Assembly (NCBI RefSeq): GCF_006345805.1
Contig: NC_043001.1
Location: 52,700,001 to 52,764,000, forward strand
Length of the DNA: 64,000 nucleotides
From: Octopus sinensis
Taxonomy: Eukaryota
Reading direction: 5' to 3'
Part shown: piece after piece, positions 1-12,463 of the stretch
Position numbering within the stretch: the first letter of the stretch is position 1
How the letters are laid out: each line of letters starts with the position of its first letter
Notes under the pieces: model-generated
Database searches by the model: none
The model's input: the letters and a program-made list of their open reading frames with translations, nothing else
What the model was told of the DNA's origin: nothing
Program-made: the position numbers and the translations under genes

Positions 1-407
1 GAATATATCTATTTTACACGGTTTTATTTCACTAACGCGTTGTATCATTAAATCATAAGATATTGAATATTAATCGATATATTTGCCATGAGTAAAACTA
101 TAATCATTCAGTCAATAAATCTTTCTAACAGAAGCTAAAGGTTCTTACGACTAGGGCGAAAAATAAATTTCAACAAATTATTAACAGATTCTTAGTCGGG
201 AAGAAATTTTTCTTATGAGATAGAGGTATCTGTAGGTATATCAAGCTGCTATTTTAGTATGCAAGAATGAATGCGCAAGTTTTACTGCACCGTATTCCAA
301 AAGATAATGATAAACAGTAATCATAACATGCTACAAGTTATATTTTATTTTTAGTTTCACACACACACATACATATGGGCATAAATACCTGAGTTATCAA
401 AACTTCT

Positions 408-410
408 GTG

Positions 411-473
<63 letters not shown>

Positions 474-564
474 TGTGTGTGTGCGTGCGTGTCTATGTGT
501 GCCTGCATCTGTACACATATCTATATGTACCTATACAAACACATACATATACACATGTCGTATG

Positions 565-641
<77 letters not shown>
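408..641. repeat. (TA)n/(TG)n microsatellite, representative of dozens in the window
   Basis: Pure dinucleotide runs. Similar tracts at about 7.15, 10.0, 12.3, 21.4, 23.0, 26.8, 29.7, 35.4, 37.9, 53.3 and 57.3 kb generate most of the YI/CV/HT-rich ORFs in the track. Confidence 0.98.
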
Positions 642-642
<1 letters not shown>

Positions 643-644
<2 letters not shown>

Positions 645-982
645 AAAGGCACTTGCCCAAGGTGCAACGCAGTGGGACTGAGCCCGGAACCATGTGGCTC
701 CTAAGCAAGCAACTTATCACACAGCCTCTCCTACGCCTATTTATTCATTTTATTTTATTTTCATCAATTAATGTGTTTGTCCAGTCCGCAAAGCTACCCA
801 ATCTTTGTACTGTCTATATGAGAAATTTTATGAAATAAAGTAGCTTGCTTAGCAAACGCGTGGTTCCGGATTGTGTCCCACTGCGTGGTACCTTAGCCAA
901 CTGTCTTCTGCTATAGCTTCGGTCCGACAAAAGCCCTGCTAGTGGATTTGGTAGACAGAAACTGAACTGAAAGAAGCCCGGT
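643..982. mobile_element. Two divergent fragments of a tRNA-derived SINE (minus-strand head 643-740; plus-strand copy 838-982)
   Basis: tagcttgctt...gtggttccgg...gtcccactgcgtgg.accttagccaa.tgtcttctgctatagc...gtggatttggtagacagaaactg on plus, with its reverse complement at 643-740. Confidence 0.75.
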
Positions 983-2175
983 GGCAAGAATATTCATCGA
1001 AAAATTCTTAGTTACCAGTGGTCTAGCGAGAAAGAAAAAAATTAGTCAATAGACTATATATTATTCAGAGAAGAATACAGTGTATCTTCAAGCACGAAAG
1101 GAATACCCGAAGAAGAGGATATCTGACTCGCTAGAAAGAGCAGTTAAAACTCCAAGCCACCCATCGCTGTAGTTCCGAAAGTGATTGAAAAATAAAAAAA
1201 CTTTTACCTTAATTCTAGGCCCTGCAATATTTCTGCAGACTGAAACAAGATCATTTCAGTCTATATCTGGCGCTGCGTCCTCAGTAGGTTGCCAAGACTA
1301 AATCCATAGACATGGAGCTATAAGTAATCAGCCACGTGTCTATAGGTTCTAATTTTTCGAATTTACCGTGCAGATGCGGAAATCAACCAGCACTAAATAC
1401 ATAAATTGCCGATTTTCTTCCAGAATTTAATTAATGGTAAAATGTTTTTTGGCTAATTCTGGAAGAAAATCGGCAATTTATTTCAGTCTGTATTTAAGTT
1501 TGCAGAAACCTTGCACGGTCTAGGATTAAGGTAATTACAACAATTGGTGGCTTGGAGTTTTAACTGCTCTTACTAACGAGTCAGATATCCTATTCTTCGG
1601 GTATAGAAAAAAATTAGTCAATAGACTATATATTATTCAGAGAAGAATACAGTGTATCTTCAAGCACGAAAGGGATACCCGAAGAAGAGGATATCTGACT
1701 CGCTAGAAAGAGCAGTTAAAACTCCAAGCCACCCATCGCTGTAGTTCCGAAAGTGATTGAAAAATAAAAAAACTTTTACCTTAATTCTAGGCCCTGCAAT
1801 ATTTCTGCAGACTGAAACAAGATCATTTCAGTCTATATCTGGCGCTGCGTCCTCAGTAGGTTGCCAAGACTAATCCATAGACATGGAGCTATAAGTAATC
1901 AGCCACGTGTCTATAGGTTCTAATTTTTCGAATTTACCGTGCAGATGCGGAATCAACCAGCACTAAATACATAAATTGCCGATTTTCTTCCAGAATTTAA
2001 TTAATGGTAAAATGTTTTTTGGCTAATTCTGGAAGAAAATCGGCAATTTATTTCAGTCTGTATTTAAGTTTGCAGAAACCTTGCACGGTCTAGGATTAAG
2101 GTAATTACAACAATTGGTGGCTTGGAGTTTTAACTGCTCTTACTAACGAGTCAGATATCCTATTCTTCGGGTATA
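982..2175. repeat. Tandem duplication of a 572-bp fold-back unit, related to the 474-bp HHR array
   Basis: Units start at 1034 and 1606. Each has a ~58-bp inverted repeat (1104-1161 vs 1546-1603) and a perfect 27-bp inverted repeat (1401-1427 vs 1455-1481). Confidence 0.9.
1215..1287 (-). ncRNA. Decayed hammerhead ribozyme-like motif (second copy 1787-1859)
   Basis: Minus strand: cta CUGAGGA c gcag...agactgaaa/tttcagtct hairpin...ctgc a GAAAU auugcaggg cc tag. Stem III and the cleavage triplet are mutated. A better 3' half (GAAAC cuugcacg GUC uag) lies on plus at 1505-1523 and 2075-2093. Confidence 0.45.
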
Positions 2176-2769
2176 TATATATATCTTTTTTATACCGAAA
2201 TTTGTTGATTTTATTAAATTAATTATATTTCACCCTATATCTGTAATGACTATTTTACTCCCCTACGACAAAATTACGAATCTTTTTTTCGGCAGTATTA
2301 TTTTTTGTGACTCACGTAGTAAAAATTCTGGAGGGAAATACGAATTCACTTGTCTATATAAATGTGGATATACTGATTACCTTTTATATTTTTCGATGTC
2401 GCTTGATCGAAAATATAGGAGGTAAATTTTCCTAGCATTTCTAGATATAGAGGAATATTATGTCGATAAAGAAAATGAGTCTTATGATTCTAATCCAGAA
2501 ACGTACGTCCGTAATTAACTGAAGACTGTGTGATTTCATTATTTTTCTTCTTTCTTTTGCCATATGTGTGTTACAAATATTGTTGTCTGTGGAGACGTAT
2601 TTTTGTAGTAAAAGGAAATAGTAGTCTTTTGGCTGCTATTTCTAAAATTTTCGGTATGTGGTTAAGCAACTTGTTGCAAAAAACCTTTATTATTATAATT
2701 ATATATGTATATGTATATATAATAATCGATGAAAGAAATGTAAGATATTTCGGCATTTGTCTTTAATCA

Positions 2770-3090
2770 GTATGAGGATCGTTTTGACCCCACCTGAAAC
2801 TGTACTTTATGGATGGATTGCTGTTGTATTCATCAGTGCTGGCTGGGTCACATCAGGAACATAAAAATTTAAAGTGATTTTCCGCTAAATAGTGTATGTT
2901 ATCGCAGTCATATCGATGTTTTCCTGCTGTGCTAGCGGGGCAAACATCAACATGACAGTGAAAGCACAATATACTTATCGGAGCACCACTTTATGTGTGC
3001 ATGTACCTGATGGGACCCAGAAAGCCCTGATGGATGCACAACATCCCATCCATAAAGGACAGTTACAGGAGGGGCCGAAGCTATCGTTGT
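2770..3090. repeat. Imperfect ~70-bp inverted repeat with decayed HHR-like cores in both arms
   Basis: aactgtactttatggatgg...ggctgggtcacatcagg pairs with cctgatgggacccag...ccatccataaaggacagtt. The minus arm reads CUGAUGA...aaaac gauc cuc. Confidence 0.4.
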
Positions 3091-4435
3091 ACCAAATTAA
3101 GTCAAATGCCAAATCCATGTTCCGTCTCTTTCATCCATGATTATTTTCGCAACTAACACTGCAATGATCCTGGATTTTGTCAAGTGGAAATATAACCCAA
3201 CTGTCAATGGACAAACTGTGAGCGTGCTTCACAATTCATAGATTCGATATCAAATTCATGCAGTAATAATAAGCATTCTGTATATATGTATAAACGCAAA
3301 ATAATGGTTATATATATTTTTCGTGTCGCCACCTGTTCCCTTCAAGAAAAATAATAAACATAATAGTTGCTGATGATTTATATAAAGCCCTACGAGTAAA
3401 ACATGAGGATAAAAGCTGGGGTGTCTAGGCAACTGTATCAGTAACGGAGCAAAAATAAAGGCTTGGAAGGGAGAGTAAGAAAAATCTATGAAAGCGGGTG
3501 AGAAGGTAGAGGGAAGATGAAACCATATACGAGAAAGTAAATAAAAAGAGCGAAGAAAGAAAAAAGGACAGCCACAGAAAATATAATTTGTAATAGATAA
3601 ATAGATAAACGACGATATAAATGATACGAAGTTCAGTCGGCAAGATATATCATAAATTAATCTAAAAGAGTGTAGAGAAGGGAAGAATACAGATAAATAA
3701 TAGAGGAGGAGAGAAGGCAAAAACTCACTGAAAGGACAACTATACAGGAATATAAGTCCAAATAATGCGGTCTAAACTCTTAGTAATCACGTAAAACTTT
3801 ATAATAAATATGCCACAGGAGACAATTAAAATCAAAACAAACCAAAAAGTACAGAATAGTGTAAGGTAGTGAATGAAGGGATGTAACTATTACATTATAC
3901 AAATGTAAATTACTTAATCATGTTTAGAAATTTAAGCAAATTAAAGGACATTATAAATGATGGTAACGGGATGAAACAATATCTTAAAAATTGCTAATTA
4001 AACTGAATAGGGAAATAACAAGCTTAGGACAAGTTGATACAATAGAAGAGAAGGTAAATAATTCACTACGTATATGTCTATATGTGTGTGTGTGTGTGCG
4101 TGTCTATGTGCGCATATATATATATAAGCTGTAAACTACTTAATTCGAGTAGGATAAGTTGCTTGTGTATTTGCAGCCATTTACGTTATATAAATCAATC
4201 TTTAATGATAATTGCAAAACGATCGATGAATTTAGTGACGCCATTTATAAATATTAGACTTGTGTACGAAAATATTTGCATTGGATTCATAGATATGAGA
4301 ATATATTCACTTGTATTATTCTTGTGTTTCTATTGGCAATGAAAGGAACAAAACGAAACACCAAACATAACTTGAAAGCTTGCATTAACGTTTGCAGAAT
4401 GTTTGTACATGTTATATACTGGGAGAGGGAGAATT

Positions 4436-5665
4436 AACTAACTTTTCACTATAAAAGCTGAATTATTATTAAAAATTATTGCAAATTTTGTAACAAGGAC
4501 AGTAATTTCAGAGTAGGGGCTAAGTCGACCACATCGTCCACAGTGTTTGGCAGTTAATTTTATTGATCCCAACGAAAGTGAAGCTCGGCGGAATTTGAAC
4601 TGATAACGTAATGACACAAAAAAGCTGCCAAGTATTAATCTCGGCATGCTAACGATTCTGCCAAATCACTGCCTTGGCTAATAGAATAATAATTCTTTCT
4701 ACTATAGGCACAAAGCCCGAAATATTGGGGCGGGGAGATGACAGTCGATTACATCGACTCCAGTGCTCAACTGATGCTTAATTTATCAACGCCGAAAGGA
4801 TGAACGGCAAAGCCGGTCTCGGCGTATTTTACTTCTGAGCGAAATGCACTAAGCATTTGCCTCGGCGTGCTAACGAATCTGCCAGCTCGCAGCCCTACTA
4901 TGAAAAAGGAATATTAATAAAATTTCATTGGACTAACCATTTCAACCCTCATAACGCGTTCCTTATATTACGCTAATGAGCCCTTATTTCATAAATATAA
5001 TTTGTTTCAAGAAAATCATTCACGTAAAATTTATCCAAGATGATGACTATCTAACGTTTACAAACCATCTTGTTTCACTCATAATTCGTCAATTACATTA
5101 TGAAATAATATTATTCTCAATTTTGGCAAAACGCTGGCAATTCCTGAGGTTAGCCTTTTGTCTCAGATTTTACTTTCATCCCAGTGGGAATTACATTGAT
5201 CTCAGTGTTAAACTGGTACTTATTTTGTTGACCCCGAAAGATGAAAGTCAAGGTCGACCCAAGCAGGATTTGAACTCAAAATGAAATACACGGAAGAAAT
5301 GCTGTTAAGCATTTCCCCCAGCGCAGTAACGATTCTATCAGCTCGCCACCTTAATGATATTGTTTTCAATATTCGGTTCAAGGATGAAAGACAAAGTCGA
5401 TATCGTGGGAATTTGGACTCAGAACGAAAAAAATGGATGAAATGTCGATAAGCATTTTGCCCGGCGTGCTAAGTATTCTGCCAGCTCACCGCCGTCTGGA
5501 TAATGGAATAAAATTCTTTTCTAATATAGGCACAAGCCCTGAAATTTTGGGGAGGGGGCTTGTCGATTACATCGAGCCCAGTACTTCATCGACCCCGAAG
5601 GGACGAAACGCTGGTAAGCACTTTTCCGTGCGTGCTAACGATTCTGCCAGCTCACCACCTTAAGA
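4436..5665 (-). mobile_element. Cluster of about five tRNA-derived SINE copies with a Deu/Nin-like central domain
   Basis: Repeated reverse complements of ggcgagctggcagaatcgttagcacgccg...gagttcaaattccgccgag...ctttgcctttcatcctttcggggtcgataaa; pol III A/B-box-like head. Confidence 0.8.
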
Positions 5666-7157
5666 AATAATGGAGTAATACTAAAATGAGAATGAGTCGA
5701 GGAATTATAAAGCCATTCTTTTGATGTATTTTAATTAAGCATTGATATTCTGTTCGATGTTATGGTATTTATGATACAATGTTAAAATACACGTATTAAA
5801 ATATTTATTTCTATGACAACTCATTCTCAACCCAGCTGTTGCGATATTGGTTAATCAATGTCAAAAGAATCATGTGCATCTGATTACATTAGCTAAAAAC
5901 TTTCATTTGAATAGACATTCATTATATACAATCTAGACAAAATATGATACAATAATTTATTAATCGTAATCGTCCTAACAATTTACCTGTTACGAAATAA
6001 ATACTATCATCAAGTAGTCAATGCTTCTTAAAGGTGAAATAGTCAAGTAGCTTATATTTATGAGGCATGTGTTACATTTTATTGTGATAAATCGCAATGC
6101 GTAAAAATCTAAACCCGAAGAAAACTAAACTTACTATCTTTTAACATTTGGATAGTAATCTGTGATTAATAGTCAAAAACCCATAAATTAATATTGACTA
6201 ACGATAAAATATCAAAGGTTTCCAATATTCAGGACAAAGAAACAAAGCATTAGTGTATCTGAATTGTTATCACATAGATGAAAACTAACATTGAACGCGT
6301 GTTACTATGATATTTAATGACTGATTTTCAAGAATAACTTTACACTATAACGCAAGTATAATTGAAATATATAATGGCTTGCATTTATATATTTATATGG
6401 ACGTATATTTTTGCTAATATCAATAATATATTCACTAAATCTAAATGTCAATGAATATCTGATATATAAACTAAGATTACTCGCGCGTTTATTTAATTTT
6501 GTGAAAATGATTGCATATAAAACTGTGAAGGAGACAATTATGACGTTATTAAGTAGGCATCTTAGCTAAGCATGCAAACTTACATACATTACTCCTGTTT
6601 GTAAATTCTACTTCTTTATTAAACATTAATAATGGGAGCCAAGTTAAATGAAAATACATATTTTATAGGAATATGATTTGTGTAAATTATTAAACATTGT
6701 CATCAAATGCTTTTGACTTATAACGCATTTGAATTTGGAATGTCTAGGTGTTAATAAATATCTGAATATATTATGTATTACGGTTATAAAAAAAGATAAT
6801 AATTTATGATTTACGGTAATTATTTATTTGAATAATACATCTTGCATACAATTTTATATGTATAATGCAATATTTAAAATCAGAGAAAAACAAAGTAATT
6901 TGGAATATAAAGAAACAGAACAAAACAAAGTTGATGATAAATGTCCGCACACTATCAGTTCACGTACATTACATCTACAAATGGGAACGTTGGGAAGTTT
7001 AATTACAATTCTCTTAAGACATGTTTTTATATATAATAGTTAATGTGAAGTACGAAATTAAATAGGCAAGGTTTATGAAACTATACGATGCACTTTGAAA
7101 GAAAAACGTGCACCCACACATACATACACACATTATATGGGCTTATAAGTACAATGA

Positions 7158-7241
<84 letters not shown>

Positions 7242-7753
7242 AGTGAAAGACGGAAGATGGAATATACGAGAATTTATTATTAATCTCAACAATTGTTGCG
7301 ACACATCTAGCATCGATTCCTCATGGGTGAGACACTCAGCAACAGGTTCAGAAGCATCCAGCAGTGCAGGTGTATCGCGTCAGTTGATATATAAATACAA
7401 CTCGTTAAAATAACTCTTACGCAATGTAATTACCCGTTTTGTAGAAAGCAAGACACCCAGACAGAGGAAATATTCTCATTTATAAAGAAGATGAAAAATA
7501 ATACCAAATCGCAAAAACAGAAATGAACCCGAAATCCAGCGAAAAAAGTATTTAAAAAGCATATATTTGTATACTTGTATATATATGTATATCTGTATAA
7601 ATATGTAAATATATATATACAGGCATATCTAAGTATGTATATATGTTTATATACATATATATAAGTAAATATATTAAACTTTTAATACTTTTGATATTAA
7701 AAAAAAAATTTATTAATTAATTAATAAATAAAATAACATATAAATATAAAAAT

Positions 7754-7793
<40 letters not shown>

Positions 7794-7942
7794 GTATATA
7801 CATATAAAATTTATAAATTTAATTATTTAAATAATTTTTATTTTTAACTTTTATATTTTTAAATTAATTTTATGTATTGGCTTATGTTTTTCACTGTTTG
7901 ATTTGCCTAATAGTGGTTTTATCTCTAATTTAATATAATATA

Positions 7943-7984
<42 letters not shown>

Positions 7985-10053
7985 ATGTATGTATGTATGT
8001 ATATATACTTAGAAAGCTTTTGAAATGATATATAGATATTGTCTATTGAGAATAATAAGGTTGTCAGAATGTTGGATGATTATACATTTTTCATTTAGAT
8101 TTTCAGCGCCTCCTTCTATTATCGTATTCATCAAGAAAATGGTTTATGATAAGTTTGCGTGGTCTTTTCTTAATATGAAATTGATGACGTTTTAGAAAGA
8201 ATGAGAGAGAGAGAGGGGGGACAGGTGACAAATTAGTAAGGTGGGTGCAGAGATGAGCGAGGAGGAGAAAGTGGGAGATATTGAAGATAAAGAAGAGAAA
8301 ACAAAGTAAGGGTGTTTTGGTAGTTTTCAGAGGAAAGAAAAGAAAGAAGAGAAAGGTTTCGGAGGGAGGGGAAGGTGTGTTTTTGTACCCGTGTGCTCAA
8401 ACTTGCTTGATTCAATATATTGTTTTTCTCATTTTAGAGACCATCTGGGTGGGGAAAGAAAGGCATTTTTTGTATTCAAGGAAGGCCAGAGGTTGTTTTT
8501 GAGTATTTCCAGTAAGAATTATAATTACATTTCAATGTCTTAAATTTTTTTCAATGTTTTCAATGTCTTCAATGTTTTAAATTTTTTTTTTGTATTCATT
8601 AATACAAATGAGAGATTGTTTACTCTGTACGTCCACTGTGTAGCTTTTTGTTCGTTTGAATCCCTAACTCACCACAAATTTTATAATTTTAAAATTTCTG
8701 GATGCTGCTATCTTATGAAGTTTTCATATCTTGTTGAAAGCTCGAAATTGGGAATAATAAACAGTCAATAACTGAGGAGGAGTTAGACTTCTTTCGGTAT
8801 TTTGTTCCGTACTTGTCTCTCGTATGCGTTTACAAATTTTCACGCGTTGTTGATGTCCTGTTCTTATTCTGTATCGTTTGGTATTTTGTGCTGTACTTAT
8901 CTCTCGTGTGTTTACGTGTTTTTCGTTCGTTGGTGATATCCTGTACTTAATGTGTATTTTAAATTTTATTTTATATATATGTATATACATATATGTAAAC
9001 CATGGTCTGTGTGTATCACGTAAGGCTGGAGATATGGGCGATGACCTCTCTTGCAGACACTATACGGACACAGACTCTGTGTCGATAACCAGCTGAAAAA
9101 GATTTTTACATGGGGCCAACACAACAGTAACGTCGTCCTCAATAGCACCGCCACATTCTGTTCCCAAATAAACTTCCCTATTCGGTACAGTCACTGTATA
9201 TCTTTCACTGAGAGACTTAAAACAAGTTGTTTTAATCTATACAAGATTAGCGATTGTGTGTCGCTTAAAGAATATATAGTGTTTGTGGGTGAAGAAAGCT
9301 TTCATCAACAGCCAGTGATTTCTCATACTGTGGACGGGTAATGACCCAGAAACCATTGTCTTTGAGTATAACGTATGGCTGGAGATGAGAACGATGACCT
9401 CCCTTGAAAACACTTTACGGTCACAGACGGTATGTCGATAGCCAGCTGGAAAAGATATTTATCAGCAGTAATACGGTCATCTCTAGGACCCTCAAGTTCT
9501 ACTGGCAAATACTTCTCAAAAAAAAATACCGTTCGTAAAAAATTTATATCTCGTTCGGCTTAACAGCCCTTCTTGTTTGTGTTACTGTTATTCTCCTTGT
9601 CCTGTCTTTTACTGTTTATATTCTGTACTGTCGTTAATGTCCTGTTTCTACCATTTTTACCCCTCCGCAAAAAAATCTCAAATTATATTTAATTTGAGAT
9701 TTTTACCCCTCCGCAAAAAAATCTCAAATTTTATTTAATTTGATTTTCGCGGGAAGGATTGTTTCATTAGAGTCATGTATCGCCTTGACCTTCGAAAAGT
9801 GGAGTAGAGGAAACAAAGGCGACTGAAGAAGGGGAATTTTCCTTGTTTTGTATGTCCTGTACTCTATTTTTTCGTTGTTTAAGAAAAATGTCCATTTCGT
9901 TGGTTTTGTGTTTATGTTTTCGTTTCTCATTGCATCCGACGTTTTTTTTGTGTCCTGTAGCCATATATGCATGTATATATAAATGTAGAGGTAGGTACGT
10001 ACAAATATGTATGTATATATGCATATGCTTTATTTATTAATTTATTATATATA

Positions 10054-10101
<48 letters not shown>

Positions 10102-10132
10102 GAATGTATATATATGTATATATATATATGTT

Positions 10133-10186
<54 letters not shown>

Positions 10187-11157
10187 ATCAAAATAAGCAT
10201 GCGACTCTATTTAATTGAACAATGCAACCATCACATGAATTTAAAATGTAGCGCAATCTTCAGCTGCATAAAAATATAGAATTTAGTTAAATTCGAAGAA
10301 CTCATTTGTGTAATGTTATCCAAAATCACCAGGAGGATAAGGAGATAAGCAAAGAACATGTTTTACCAACAACATCACAGTTGTAACAGATTTTTTCAAA
10401 AAAGACTCTGCTTATCACTGATTATTTCTGTTATTTAGATTTAAATATGAGGGTGTTCAGTTTTAATTTATAAGCTAGTTTATCAAATCTGAGAGAAGAC
10501 AGAGTGTAGTATCATTTTGGGGTAGGACAAAATAGATAGACAATTTAAGTGGCGTAGTCATAAATCAACATTTCTTTGAAGCAAAGACATTTGATTCAGT
10601 AAGAATATACTTCAGACAAGATGTTAGTTGCTATTAAGTAGACCAATGCTTATCGGACAGGGAACATCTTATCATATAGTAGTAGTACATTTACCTACTA
10701 TAAAACAATGTTGTTATTTGTATATACACAGATACATTATAGAGTTAATCTAAAGAATATGAAGAAGAATATTTTTGAATTCTTTCAGAATATATCAAAC
10801 TTTTACACAACAGAGGGACAGAAAATATAGAAATATTTTCATTTTTATATATTTAAATTCTAACTTAACATATATTTATAATTATTTATTAAATGGTAAA
10901 TATTGGTATTAATAAAGGAAAATTAAGGTATAGGAAAATGTTAAAATTTTAACATAGATTCAGTAGTGTATATAATACCACTTGCTAAAATCAGTGCCAA
11001 TGCTCCAAAACCACCAGAAACTCACAATAAAGATGCACACGAGTGATGCAACGAAGATATGAGAAATAGGCTTATATTAGCGTTGAATACAACAGTCAAC
11101 AGTCATTAATGTATATTTGAATACGAATTTTTTTCAACCTCTGTATGTCCAACATAC

Positions 11158-11263
11158 TTTGGAATCTTCAGTTGAAAATAACATTTCAACATCTTGTAAA
11201 ATATTAACTACGTTAGCTTGTGTGCGTTCCTTACTTATAGGTCCCACTCCATGTAAAAGACAT
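11158..11263 (-). CDS. Candidate exon of an unidentified minus-strand gene (CLLHGVGPISKERTQANVVNILQDVEMLFSTEDSK)
   Basis: AG acceptor after a T-rich tract, open frame of 106 nt, strong GTATGT donor; phase 2 to phase 0. Confidence 0.45.
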
Positions 11264-11982
11264 CTATCGTGATCAAGAATAAATTTAAATAAAGATGTAT
11301 TATTCCCGTTAATAATGATATTAATAAGGAAATAATAAGATGGAAAGAAGGTTCACACCATTACAAGCAAAATATGAGCTAAATTTAGAATCAGGAGAGT
11401 ATATATTACGAGTTGCTAAAATCAGAGCCAAGGCGCCAAAATCACAAGAAACTGGTCTGTGTATGGGAGTATGTATATATCAATGTGTGTTTGTATGTAT
11501 ACATCTATGTATATGTATAGGCATGTATTTATGCATATATGTGATTGTACATGCAAAGGTGTGTCAAGAGACATAAAAGTTCATTAGTATATGTATGTAG
11601 ATGTGTATGTATGTGTGTATATATGCATATATATGTATGTGTGTATGTGTATGTATATATATATACACCATTCCATGTGTGAGAACTGAATAGGCGACCT
11701 CACCACAGAGATCAACTTTTGACAAGAACACAAGAATGACTCGTAAATTTTCCATTTAATTATTCTTGATAGACTTAAATCTTCCCTCACTGTTCTCAAT
11801 TACTAGTAATCCTATTTTCCATTTTTTAAATTTTCATATTAATTTTTATTTTTTATTTGATATATCTATACTTTCTCTTGATTTCATATATTTTTTCACT
11901 TTTTGCTCTCCATCTCCTTCCCCCTCCTCATCTTCTTTCTTCCTTCATTTTGTTGTTATTGTTCTTCTTCACACATGCTTTG

Positions 11983-12037
<55 letters not shown>

Positions 12038-12402
12038 ATATATAATTTCATTTTTTTAAATACTTTTATATATTTGTTATATACTTTTCTCTTTTCTGTG
12101 AATAGTCTTTTTTTTGTATGTATATTTGTGAGAAAAAGATATTTTGCTATTTAGGCAACCAGTGAAACATACTTTCTCCAGTTTGAAAACGGCTACTCGA
12201 AAGCTTGAAACTGATATCAGTGTATTTCACTGTAAACACTATTAAAATTAAAATAATAATTATCACCTCAAAAAAAGGCATTTCTACTTATTCCTTCAAA
12301 TACATACATACGTGCACACGCACGCACACACGCACACATACACACACACATACTCACACACAGACACACACGCACACACAGACACACAGACACACAGACA
12401 CA

Positions 12403-12463
<61 letters not shown>

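Noticed and set aside
10955-11455. Two ~70-bp diverged direct repeats reading LAKISANAPKPPET and VAKIRAKAPKSQET
   Set aside because: Could be tandem exons, but frames close quickly and splice support is one-sided; more likely repeat fragments.
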